Part shown: in pieces, positions 21,254-31,394 of the stretch | Numbering within the stretch: the first letter of the stretch is position 1 | Layout of the letters: each line of letters begins with the position of its first letter | Assembly: GCA_029237815.1 (NCBI GenBank) | Contig: JAQZBP010000002.1 | Coordinates: 206,917-270,916, forward strand | DNA: 64,000 bases | Source: Moraxellaceae bacterium | GTDB lineage: Bacteria; Pseudomonadota; Gammaproteobacteria; Pseudomonadales; Moraxellaceae | Reading direction: 5' to 3' | Notes under the pieces: model-generated | Database searches by the model: none | What the model was told of the DNA's origin: nothing | What the model saw: only the letters and a program-made list of their open reading frames with translations | Made by a program: the position numbers and the translations under genes

Positions 21254-21937
21254 TTACGCCGATTCGCTCAATCGGCCGTGATCCATGCGCAGGATGCGCC
21301 CGGCGGAGCGGGCCAGCACCTGGTCGTGCGTCACGATCACCAGGCTGATACCCAGCTCACGGTTCAGCTCGGCCAGCAAGGCCTGCACTTCCTGCGACGT
21401 ATCGTTGTCCAGATTCCCGGTCGGCTCATCCGCGAGCACCACCGCAGGCTCCGTCACCAGCGCGCGCGCCAGCGCCACGCGCTGCCGCTCGCCTCCCGAC
21501 AGCTCGGCCGGCTTGTGCTGAAGGCGCTCGCCAAGCCCGACCCGCGTCAGCAGTCGCGTCGCCCGGGCCTCGGCATCGCGGGTGTCCGAGTTCCGGAGCA
21601 GCAGTGGCATGCAGACATTCTCAAGTGCCGAGAATTCGGGCAGCAGGTGATGGAACTGGTAAACGAAGCCGATGTGCCGGTTGCGCAGTTCACCGCGCTG
21701 GGCCTCGTTGCAACGGCTGAAATCCTGGCCACAGATGCGTACCTCGCCACTGCTGGGAGAGTCCAGCCCGCCCAGCAGGTGCAGCAGCGTGGTCTTGCCG
21801 GAGCCGGAGCTGCCCACGATTGCCACGAACTCGCCACGCTGCACCTGCATGTCGACGCCATGCAGGATCTCGAGCACCTGGGGGCCCTCCTCGAAGCGCT
21901 TGGCCAGCGCACGCGTCTCCAGTACCGGCTCACTCAT
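21254..21937 (-). CDS. lolD: lipoprotein-releasing ABC transporter ATP-binding protein
   Basis: Starts MSEPVLETRALAKRF. Has Walker A GSSGSGKTT and signature LSGGERQR. Its start overlaps the lolC stop. Confidence 0.9.
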   Translation of the reverse strand: MSEPVLETRALAKRFEEGPQVLEILHGVDMQVQRGEFVAIVGSSGSGKTTLLHLLGGLDSPSSGEVRICGQDFSRCNEAQRGELRNRHIGFVYQFHHLLPEFSALENVCMPLLLRNSDTRDAEARATRLLTRVGLGERLQHKPAELSGGERQRVALARALVTEPAVVLADEPTGNLDNDTSQEVQALLAELNRELGISLVIVTHDQVLARSAGRILRMDHGRLSESA

Positions 21938-23174
21938 AGCGCAGTGCCTCCGCTGGCTGCACGCGTGCCGCACGGCGCGCCGGATAGATGGTGGCCAGGA
22001 AGCTGAGGCCGAAAGCGACCGCGCTGACCCATGCCACGTCATCCAGCTCGAGCTGGGACGGCAGGTAGTTCACGAAATAGGCGTCGAACAGGCTGACATT
22101 GAAGAGCGCCTCGATACCGCTGGCGATGTCGCCAATGGTTAGCGAGAGCAACACTCCCAGCAGCACCCCGACCAGCGTCCCGACAACTCCCACCACCGTA
22201 CCCTGCACCATGAATATCTTCATTATGGTGCCCGGGCTCGCGCCCAAGGTGCGGAGAATGGCGATATCGGCCTTCTTGTCTGTCACCACCATGACCAGGC
22301 TGGACACGATGTTGAAGGCGGCCACCGCAACGATGAATAGCAGCAGCAACGCCATCATGGCCTTTTCCATCTTGATGGCATTGAAGAGGTTGCCGTGGGT
22401 CTGCGTCCAGTCGGTGGAGTAGAGAAACTCGGGATGCCGCGCGGCCAGTGCCGCGCTGATCTGCTGCGCCTCGAAAAGGTCGTGCATGCGCAGGCGCACG
22501 CCCTGCACCTTGTCTCCGATATGGAGCAGGCGGCCGGCGTCGTGCAGGTTGACGTAGGCCAGCATGCCGTCGATGTCGGCGCCCACCTTGAAGATACCCA
22601 CGACAGTGAAGCGCTTGAAGCGGGGAATCACCCCCGCCGGCGACAGCGATGCCTCGGGCATCACCAGGGTGACCTTGTCGCCGCTACGCACACCGAGGCT
22701 GGCTGCCAGGCCCGAGCCCAGCACCATGCCGAACTCACCCTCGCGCAAGTCTTCAAGGCGGCCTTCCTCGAAATGACGATGGATGATGGACACCTGCTTC
22801 TCGGCCGCCGGCTCGATGCCGGTGACCATGGCGCCACTGACCAGCCCGTTGGCGGCGATCATTCCCTGCAGGTGATTGAACGGCGCGGCGGCCTCGACAC
22901 CGGGTTCCCGCTTCGCGTAGTCCACGACGCGCTGCCAGTTGCGGAAGGGCTCGTAGGCATTCAGCGTTGCCTGTGGCACCATGCCGAGAATGCGGTTCTT
23001 GAGCTCCCGGTCGAAGCCGTTCATGACCGAAAGCACGGTAATAAGGACAGCGACCCCCAGCATCAGCCCGATGATGGACGTCAGGGAGATGAAGGAGATG
23101 AAGTGGTTTCGCCGACGTGCGCGCGTATAGCGCAGGCCTATGAAAAGGAAAGCTGGCTTGAACATGCGGGGCAT
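21930..23174 (-). CDS. lolC: lipoprotein-releasing system permease
   Basis: 414-aa FtsX-like permease with a MacB-like periplasmic domain. Immediately upstream of lolD. Confidence 0.9.
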   Translation of the reverse strand: MPRMFKPAFLFIGLRYTRARRRNHFISFISLTSIIGLMLGVAVLITVLSVMNGFDRELKNRILGMVPQATLNAYEPFRNWQRVVDYAKREPGVEAAAPFNHLQGMIAANGLVSGAMVTGIEPAAEKQVSIIHRHFEEGRLEDLREGEFGMVLGSGLAASLGVRSGDKVTLVMPEASLSPAGVIPRFKRFTVVGIFKVGADIDGMLAYVNLHDAGRLLHIGDKVQGVRLRMHDLFEAQQISAALAARHPEFLYSTDWTQTHGNLFNAIKMEKAMMALLLLFIVAVAAFNIVSSLVMVVTDKKADIAILRTLGASPGTIMKIFMVQGTVVGVVGTLVGVLLGVLLSLTIGDIASGIEALFNVSLFDAYFVNYLPSQLELDDVAWVSAVAFGLSFLATIYPARRAARVQPAEALRYE

Positions 23175-23259
23175 TAAACCACAGTTGGGTCAGACCGGAA
23201 TAAGGCTGTCAGGCGAAAGCTGAAAACAATCACAAGACCAGCGCAAACTGAAGAAAGGT

Positions 23260-23862
23260 ATGTCCATGAGCAACGCTCGAGTCCCCGGGGAACGCCGCGC
23301 CGCCACTCGCATCTATTCCACTCTCGCCCTTGTTTACAAACACATCAGTGGTCTGGATGCCGGCCTCGATCCCTACGACACCCGTTTCGGCCTGCCGCAG
23401 CATTTCACGCTGGCAGAAGAGCTGGCCCAGGTCGACAGCCTGCAGCGCCAGCATCTGGATGCCCTGCAGCTCCAAGTCCCCCAGCTCGAGGGCCTGATCG
23501 CCACGATCAACCAGAAGTTCGACATCCTGGCGCGCACGATCGGGGGCAGCCTGAGCCACGTCGTTTCTCCGGCACCACAGAATGTGAACCTCTCCGAATC
23601 AGGCCTGTCGTTTCATGCGGCCGAACCCCTGCTGCCAGGCGTGCACCTTCACCTAGCCATCAGCAACACCTCCCGCAACTACCATATCGCGGCAACCGGC
23701 CGGGTGGTGTTCTGCGAGGAGGAGGACCTGGAGGGCTACCGGACGGGGGTCGCCTTCGTGACCCTGCGGGACGACGACCGGCAAATCCTGGCCCGTGACG
23801 TCATCCGCAAAGTTCAGGAAAACGAGGTCATCCAGGACTTCCTTAACCCCGAAAACGGTTGA
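23260..23862 (+). CDS. PilZ-domain protein (putative c-di-GMP receptor)
   Basis: RRAATR (RxxxR) near the N-terminus and NLSESGLSF (D/NxSxxG) downstream. No other recognisable domains. Confidence 0.55.
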   Translation: MSMSNARVPGERRAATRIYSTLALVYKHISGLDAGLDPYDTRFGLPQHFTLAEELAQVDSLQRQHLDALQLQVPQLEGLIATINQKFDILARTIGGSLSHVVSPAPQNVNLSESGLSFHAAEPLLPGVHLHLAISNTSRNYHIAATGRVVFCEEEDLEGYRTGVAFVTLRDDDRQILARDVIRKVQENEVIQDFLNPENG

Positions 23863-23924
23863 ATATCGACCTATAAGTCACTACAGTCCTTGAAGTTTCC
23901 ATAACAATAAAGGACCGGGAACTC

Positions 23925-24539
23925 ATGATGCGCGCCAAGCTCAGCACCTGTGCCTTCCTGCTGGCCATCGCTGCCCCGATTTATGCCGAGACCGCCCTTC
24001 CCTCCGCCGGCATGAACATGCAGGCGGTGGAGAGCCAGTTCGGCAAACCCGCAAGCAAGAGCTCCCCCGTCGGACATCCCCCCATTACACGTTGGGATTA
24101 CGGCGATTATGTCGTCGTTTTCGAGCGCTCCTCGGTGGTCAACAGCGTGCGCATCGTACGCACTGCGGGCGGGGCTACCGTGACTGCTCCGTCGCCTGTC
24201 GCGCCCCCTGCCCCGGCAGCAGCACCTGCTGCGGTCACACCGGCTGCGGCACCCAAGGCGCCCGCCCCCGTCGCCGCCGAACCTGCGAAGTCGGGAACGA
24301 AGGCCACCGTCACGGTGACCGTGAAGCCGGTTGAAGCCGCTGCCGCCCCCGAGGTAACCGCCCCCGCGGGCAGCTCTGGCGAAGTGAATGTCCAGCAGGC
24401 GCTCGACAAGGCCACTGCCGAGAAGACTGCTGACGGCACGGTGACAACGCCTGCAGTTCCCGAAGCTCCTGCGCCCGCTCCGGCGCCTGCCGATGCCTAT
24501 ACCTTCGACCCTGAAACCGGTCGTATCATCATCAAGTAA
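23925..24539 (+). CDS. secreted protein with a small N-terminal domain and an Ala/Pro-rich low-complexity tail
   Basis: Signal peptide MMRAKLSTCAFLLAIAAPIYA, then a roughly 60-aa globular segment, then APAPA/AAPA repeats. Confidence 0.5.
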   Translation: MMRAKLSTCAFLLAIAAPIYAETALPSAGMNMQAVESQFGKPASKSSPVGHPPITRWDYGDYVVVFERSSVVNSVRIVRTAGGATVTAPSPVAPPAPAAAPAAVTPAAAPKAPAPVAAEPAKSGTKATVTVTVKPVEAAAAPEVTAPAGSSGEVNVQQALDKATAEKTADGTVTTPAVPEAPAPAPAPADAYTFDPETGRIIIK

Positions 24540-24751
24540 GCGGCTGCCACCGAATGAAGAGGCCGACGTCATGTCGGCCTTTTCATTGGTCCCTGACCCA
24601 TACGGCGTGTGCACCGCGATCACAGCCGCGAAAGCGGGCAGACTATCCTGAGCCAGATGGTCGTGACGCCACTTCCCGCCCATGACAGCAGCCGCGATTT
24701 GTGGGTCAATCCGGCTTTATATGCCCGGAACATCCATCCACGGGGGATGAT

Positions 24752-25501
24752 ATGCGCCTGATCGGCCATCGCGGTGCGCGGGGCGAAGCACCGGAAAACA
24801 CGCTTGGCGGCTTCCGCTATCTGCGCGGGCTCGGCGTGATGGCCGTGGAGCTCGACATAGTGCTGAGCGCAGATGCCGAACTGGTCGTCATCCACGACAG
24901 CTTCCTGGATCGCACCACGCTGAGCCAGGGCCGGGTGGACAGCAAGACCGCGGCAGAACTCGCGGACGTCGACGCCTGCCATCGCGCCTTTCCTGACTGG
25001 CCAGGCACCGAGGGCGTGCCGACCCTGCGCGCCGTGATGGAGGTCCTGCGCGATTTCGAACATGTCCAGTTCGAGGTCAAGGCACGGAGCGAGGCCGAGG
25101 CGATGCTGGTCGCCGAAAAGTTCCCGCTGCTCTGGCGCGAATTCGAATTCGGCGACCGCGCCTACACGACGTCCTTCAATCCCCACTACCTGCAGTACAT
25201 ACGCCAGTCGGCCCCCGAAATTCCCCGCGGCTTCCTCTTCGAACTCGACTTCAGCCTTGATCCCGTGGCCATTGCCATTGCGCTGGGCTGCACCTCGCTG
25301 GGCCCGCACCAGGAGCGTTGCACGCCCGAGCTGATCCGCCAGGCACATGCGGCGGGCCTCACCGTCTCGACATGGACCGTCAACAGTCCCGAGCGGATGC
25401 GTGACCTCGCGCGGGACGGCGCCGACAGCATCATTACCGACCTGCCTGCCCTCACCCTCCAGGAGGTGCCGGAGCTGTTTACCGCCGTCGCCCCACGGTA
25501 A
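24752..25501 (+). CDS. glycerophosphodiester phosphodiesterase (GDPD/UgpQ-like)
   Basis: Starts MRLIGHRGARGEAPENTL, the GDPD HR(G) motif. Start taken at the ATG at 24752 within the listed 24701 ORF. Confidence 0.8.
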   Translation: MRLIGHRGARGEAPENTLGGFRYLRGLGVMAVELDIVLSADAELVVIHDSFLDRTTLSQGRVDSKTAAELADVDACHRAFPDWPGTEGVPTLRAVMEVLRDFEHVQFEVKARSEAEAMLVAEKFPLLWREFEFGDRAYTTSFNPHYLQYIRQSAPEIPRGFLFELDFSLDPVAIAIALGCTSLGPHQERCTPELIRQAHAAGLTVSTWTVNSPERMRDLARDGADSIITDLPALTLQEVPELFTAVAPR

Positions 25502-25539
25502 GAGAGTCTTCCGAGGCCCTTAGCCATTCCTCTTAGCGG

Positions 25540-25562
25540 TTATCCACAAAAGCTGTGGATAA
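25540..25562. promoter_or_regulatory. inverted pair of perfect DnaA boxes (TTATCCACA aaagc TGTGGATAA)
   Basis: Exact 9/9 DnaA-box consensus twice, in inverted orientation, at the start of an unusually AT-rich 330-bp spacer between convergent gdpd and uvrB. Confidence 0.35.
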
Positions 25563-25875
25563 AGTCGTGGAAAAGTTTGCGGATTTCTTGAGTGAGGCGC
25601 GCCCCCAGCGCCTCGCGACGATTTGGGCGTTTTTTGACCAAAAAATAAGGCCTTATTTTTCAATGCCTTACCTATTTACGCCCTCATACAAGGGTAGTAC
25701 GCAATTCTTTTGCGGGCACACACGGTAAGGAGACACTTGCTGTGTACAACTTTGGTGCAGGAATAGCTTCCTAGCGTTCCTGCCTCCTGCGTTAAAAAGC
25801 GACCATAACCATATGTTTTCGCAGCTTATTTTCTAAAACTTCCCGCATCTTGCCGCAACGGATCAACCCAACTGG

Positions 25876-27918
<2,043 letters not shown>

Positions 27919-28072
27919 GGCGAACCTCTGGGTAAGAGGGAAAGTGTACACCGCGTGCGGCAGCGCGCGGCTGGACAGGAAACGGACGGGCGGAGCGCCC
28001 GGCCTGACCCCAGCGCTGTGAGCCCGGAAGCGGCTCGGCTAGGCTGACGACAGCAACCGGGGAATAACAACC

Positions 28073-28984
28073 ATGGCATCGTGGAAACGCTTGATCGGCA
28101 TGCGCCAGGCCAACCCGGAATGGTTCTGCAGCCATGAGGGCTGCAACCACCTGGCGGCGGACGACACGCTCGCCATCACCTATCTGGGTACGGCAGGCTT
28201 CATCCTCAAGGGGGCGGAGCGCACCATCGTGCTCGATCCGTATGTGTCGCGCCCGGGGCTTGTGGACACGCTCACCGCACCGCTGCAGCCCGATACGGCC
28301 CTCATCCGGCAGATCATTCCGCGGGCCGACGACGTCCTCATCGGACACGCCCATTACGACCACATCCTCGACGCGCCGGACCTCTGCCGGCAGACCGGCG
28401 CACGGCTGATCGGTTCGGCGTCGGCGATCCAGGTCGGCCGCGCCGCCGGATTGCCGGAATCGCAACTGCTCGCCACGGCCGGACGCGAGGACATCGCCTC
28501 GGGCGCCTGGACGGTGCGCGGTCTGCCCTCGCGGCACGGGCGTGTATTCGGGCGCATTCCGTTTCCCGGCGACATCACCGCCCCTCCCCCGTGGCCGCCC
28601 CGCATGAGTGACCTGAAACACGGCCCGGTGCTGAACTGGATCGTGGACACGGGCGGGCTGCGGATTGCCCACATCGACAGCGCCGACTTCATCAACGATG
28701 AGCTGGCGGGGCAGCACGTCGACGTGGTCTGCCTCTGCGCCATCGGGCGCAACTACCGCAAGGACTATGTGAAGGACGTGGTGCACCTGCTGCAGCCGCG
28801 CTGGATCATCCCCTGCCACTGGGACACGATGCTGACGCCCCTGCACGCCGAACCCGACCTGATCCCGGGCGTGGACCTGCCGGGGATGCTGAACGAGATC
28901 GTCGCCGAGGGCGTGCAGCCACTGCTGACGCCGCTCCTGGGCCTGCAGCGCCTGCCGCTCTCTCCGGAGATATGCCCTCGCTAG
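28073..28984 (+). CDS. MBL-fold metallo-hydrolase
   Basis: 303-aa ORF with the HAHYDH metal-binding motif. Convergent with rtcR. Confidence 0.7.
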   Translation: MASWKRLIGMRQANPEWFCSHEGCNHLAADDTLAITYLGTAGFILKGAERTIVLDPYVSRPGLVDTLTAPLQPDTALIRQIIPRADDVLIGHAHYDHILDAPDLCRQTGARLIGSASAIQVGRAAGLPESQLLATAGREDIASGAWTVRGLPSRHGRVFGRIPFPGDITAPPPWPPRMSDLKHGPVLNWIVDTGGLRIAHIDSADFINDELAGQHVDVVCLCAIGRNYRKDYVKDVVHLLQPRWIIPCHWDTMLTPLHAEPDLIPGVDLPGMLNEIVAEGVQPLLTPLLGLQRLPLSPEICPR

Positions 28985-29083
28985 GCCGGGCTTCCGCCCG
29001 ACCGCGCCTTGGGAAGGTTCGTTGCGCTGAAGTCCGATCGGCTTCATAGCCGGACAGAAACAATCAACCTGCAGCGTACCGCA

Positions 29084-30682
29084 TCACAGAGCGGTGACGG
29101 CGCCCCAGTCCAGGCCGAAGCGCGCCAGGTACTTGCGCAGGCGGTCAGTATCGTTGGGCGTGCTGCGCCTCTCTCGGCTGCGCGCAAACAGGCGGCGTCC
29201 GGCCTCGGCCAGGCTCCCGCATTCGCGACAAACTTCCACCACATGCTCGAGCTGGACACGATCGAAGTCGTCAAGCGTTGCCAGCAGCGCCACCGGCAAG
29301 ACGGCGCTAGTTCCCTCTCCCGTCGTCGCCTCGCCCGAAGGCCGCTCCCAGGCCATGCGCAGACGCTGGATCTCGCGTTCCACCGTGGCGGTGGTGATGC
29401 GCCCACTGGCGGCCAGCGCCGCCATTCGCCGCACCGACGCATAAAGATCTCGAAAGTTGCCGTGCCAGGGTGCGGCCGCCGACAACGCAAAGCCCAGGTA
29501 ATGCGCCTTCGCCTCCCGGTTGAAGCGCACCAGCCGCCCCTCGCGCTCGGCGAAACGCTCCAGCTCGTAGTCGACGTTGGGCTCGATATCCTCCCGCCGA
29601 CGCGCGAGCCCGGGCAGATGGAAGGTCCAGACATTGAGGCGGGCAAACAAATCCTCGCGAAAGCGGCCCCGCGCCACGTCCACACGCAGGTCGCGGTTGG
29701 TGCCGGCGATGAGCTGGAACTCCGAACGCACGTCACGATCAGCGCCCATCGGCAGGAAGGTCTTTTCCTCCAGCGCCTTGAGCAGCATGGCCTGCTCGTC
29801 GAGGCCGAGCTCGCCGATCTCGTCGAGGAAGAGTTGGCCGCCGTCGGCACGCTTGAGCAGGCCCTCGCGCGCGCTGGCTGCACCGGTGAAAGCTCCCTTC
29901 GCATGACCGAATAGCGTGCTCATGGCGGTATCCCCACGCAGCGTGGCGCAGTTCACTTCAACGAAGTCGCCACGGAACTGGTGACGCTGGCGCTTCAGCT
30001 CGTAAAGACGCCGCGCCAGATGCGATTTGCCGGCGCCAGTGGGGCCGATCAGCAGCAGCGGTTCGCGCGAGCCGATGGCCACCTGTTCCATCTCGTCGAT
30101 CATGGCGTTGAAGGCGGCGTTACGCGTGGCGATGCCTGCCTTAAGATGACTGACCGCGTCCTCTTTCTCGCGCGCAAAGCGCTCGGCCAAGCGATCATAG
30201 CGGGAGAGGTCGAGGTCGATGACGGTGCAGCTGCCCCCCGGCCCCTCTCCGTCACGTGGCGGCGAAGTCTGCAGTATGCGCGCGGGCAGGTAACGGCTCT
30301 CGGTCAGCAGGAACCAACAGATCTGCGCCACATGCGTGCCGGTGGTGAGGTGAACCAGGTAGTCCTCCTCTTGCGTGCGGAAGGGATAGGCGCGCACGAA
30401 GTCGTGCAGCTTGGCGTAGACCTCCTCGAAGTCCCAGGGATCGCGGAAGTACATGTCGTGAACCACCAGCTCGATCGTGGGCGCGATTTCGGCGATATCC
30501 GCCTGCACCTGGGCCAGCAAGCGCGAGCTGCGGCGACGGTCGCAGAGCAGCTCGATGCGGTCGACGCCGAGCGCGGCCTGATGGGCGATGCCGACCGTGG
30601 GCCGCCAGTGCTTCTTGCGCTCCTCACCCTTGCCGCGGGCGTCGAGCTGGGTGCCGAGGAAGCCAATGACGACAGTTTTCAT
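29084..30682 (-). CDS. rtcR: sigma54-dependent transcriptional activator RtcR (CARF-AAA+-HTH)
   Basis: N-terminal 180 aa align closely with the E. coli RtcR CARF domain (VIGFLGT..WRPT..DRIELL..HDMYFRDPWDFEEVYAKLHDF..EEDYLVHLTTGTHVAQICWFLL..RYLPARILQTSPP). It is followed by the AAA+ sigma54-interaction domain (GPTGAGKS, GAFTGA) and a C-terminal HTH. Confidence 0.9.
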   Translation of the reverse strand: MKTVVIGFLGTQLDARGKGEERKKHWRPTVGIAHQAALGVDRIELLCDRRRSSRLLAQVQADIAEIAPTIELVVHDMYFRDPWDFEEVYAKLHDFVRAYPFRTQEEDYLVHLTTGTHVAQICWFLLTESRYLPARILQTSPPRDGEGPGGSCTVIDLDLSRYDRLAERFAREKEDAVSHLKAGIATRNAAFNAMIDEMEQVAIGSREPLLLIGPTGAGKSHLARRLYELKRQRHQFRGDFVEVNCATLRGDTAMSTLFGHAKGAFTGAASAREGLLKRADGGQLFLDEIGELGLDEQAMLLKALEEKTFLPMGADRDVRSEFQLIAGTNRDLRVDVARGRFREDLFARLNVWTFHLPGLARRREDIEPNVDYELERFAEREGRLVRFNREAKAHYLGFALSAAAPWHGNFRDLYASVRRMAALAASGRITTATVEREIQRLRMAWERPSGEATTGEGTSAVLPVALLATLDDFDRVQLEHVVEVCRECGSLAEAGRRLFARSRERRSTPNDTDRLRKYLARFGLDWGAVTAL

Positions 30683-30690
30683 TCTATCTA

Positions 30691-30742
30691 TCCGTATAGC
30701 CTTCCTAGCTTTATAGCGCTTTTTATATGCTTCCGTACAGCC
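30691..30742. promoter_or_regulatory. direct repeats TCCGTATAGCC / TCCGTACAGCC; candidate RtcR upstream activator sites
   Basis: Two 11-mers 41 bp apart, located 100-140 bp upstream of the sigma54 -24 element and next to the rtcR start. Confidence 0.3.
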
Positions 30743-30772
30743 CCACCCCGCGGAATCAAGGGCGACTTAAAA

Positions 30773-30785
30773 TAATTTATTGATA
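30773..30785. promoter_or_regulatory. putative IHF site (TATCAATAAATTA on the reverse strand)
   Basis: Matches WATCAANNNNTTR within an AT-rich stretch between the repeats and the sigma54 promoter. Confidence 0.3.
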
Positions 30786-30830
30786 TTTTTCATTAGCTTG
30801 CCTCTGAACACCTCCTTCTTTCGCCAATGC

Positions 30831-30846
30831 TGGCACGCCCCTCGCT
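30831..30846 (+). promoter_or_regulatory. sigma54 (-24/-12) promoter of the tRNA-mimic/SPFH/rtcB operon
   Basis: TGGCACGccccTcGCT against the consensus TGGCACGnnnnTTGCW, with correct GG-N10-GC spacing. Divergent from rtcR. Confidence 0.6.
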
Positions 30847-30984
30847 ATATCCCCCTCGCCACACCGCACGGCTCCTGAGACAGGCGTCCCACGCCGTGGC
30901 GCACTGCCCTGTCCCCCGGTAGGTCCGGACATGGGGCGGGTGCGTACCGGGCCGGGTGGAACGGCAATGCCCTGTTAAGGCATC

Positions 30985-31054
30985 GGGTTTGTAGCTCAGG
31001 GGTAGAGCAGCGGCTTCGGCCGTGGACGCGGGTTCGAGTCCCGCCAGACCACCA
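30985..31054 (+). ncRNA. tRNA-like RNA 1: cloverleaf whose anticodon arm is replaced by a cUUCGg tetraloop hairpin; encoded 3' CCA
   Basis: Acceptor GGTTTG/CAGACC (6 bp), U8A9, D-arm GCTC-AGGGGTA-GAGC, hairpin GCGGC-TTCG-GCCGT, variable GGAC, T-arm GCGGG-TTCGAGT-CCCGC, then ACCA. Confidence 0.6.
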
Positions 31055-31126
31055 CTGTTGTAGCTCAGTCGGGTAGAGCACCGATCTAAACCGTCGGCTG
31101 TCGCGGGTTCGATTCCCGCCAACACC
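31055..31126 (+). ncRNA. tRNA-like RNA 2: pseudo-tRNA with a 7-nt anticodon loop CUAAACC (anticodon AAA, C37), imperfect acceptor stem, no encoded CCA
   Basis: Acceptor TGTTG/CAACA (5 bp plus a C:C mismatch), D-arm GCTC-AGTCGGGTA-GAGC, anticodon stem CCGAT/GTCGG, variable CTGTC, T-arm GCGGG-TTCGATT-CCCGC. It starts 1 nt after RNA 1. Confidence 0.55.
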
Positions 31127-31394
31127 GCGTTAACCACGCGATCTGAAAAACCGAGAAGGCGATGCCGTGTCGCCGGTCCGGGACGAGGTGGAGGCCAAGC
31201 CAGAATGGCTGGCCAATGCCCCGCCCCGGGCCACCCGGCCAGAGGCCGGCCGACACGTCGCCGCGGGACCGGCGCACCGGAGGCGATTGCTCCGGTCGCC
31301 CGCCCCGCGGCCACCCGAGGCCCCCGCTGTCCGGGGGCGGCACGGCAAAGCCCGATCACTTGATGACAATGAAGAACAGCAAGGAAGAAAGAAG

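Noticed and set aside
25540-25562. Replication origin (oriC) because of consensus DnaA boxes.
   Set aside because: Only two boxes. No DUE or box cluster. No dnaA, dnaN, gidA or parAB nearby. Flanked by convergent uvrB and gdpd.
31167-31394. Upstream in-frame extension of the SPFH ORF, which would give 479 aa.
   Set aside because: The extension is low-complexity (RPEAGRHVAAGPAHRRRLL...). A strong AAGGAAGAAAGAAG ribosome-binding site precedes the ATG at 31395.
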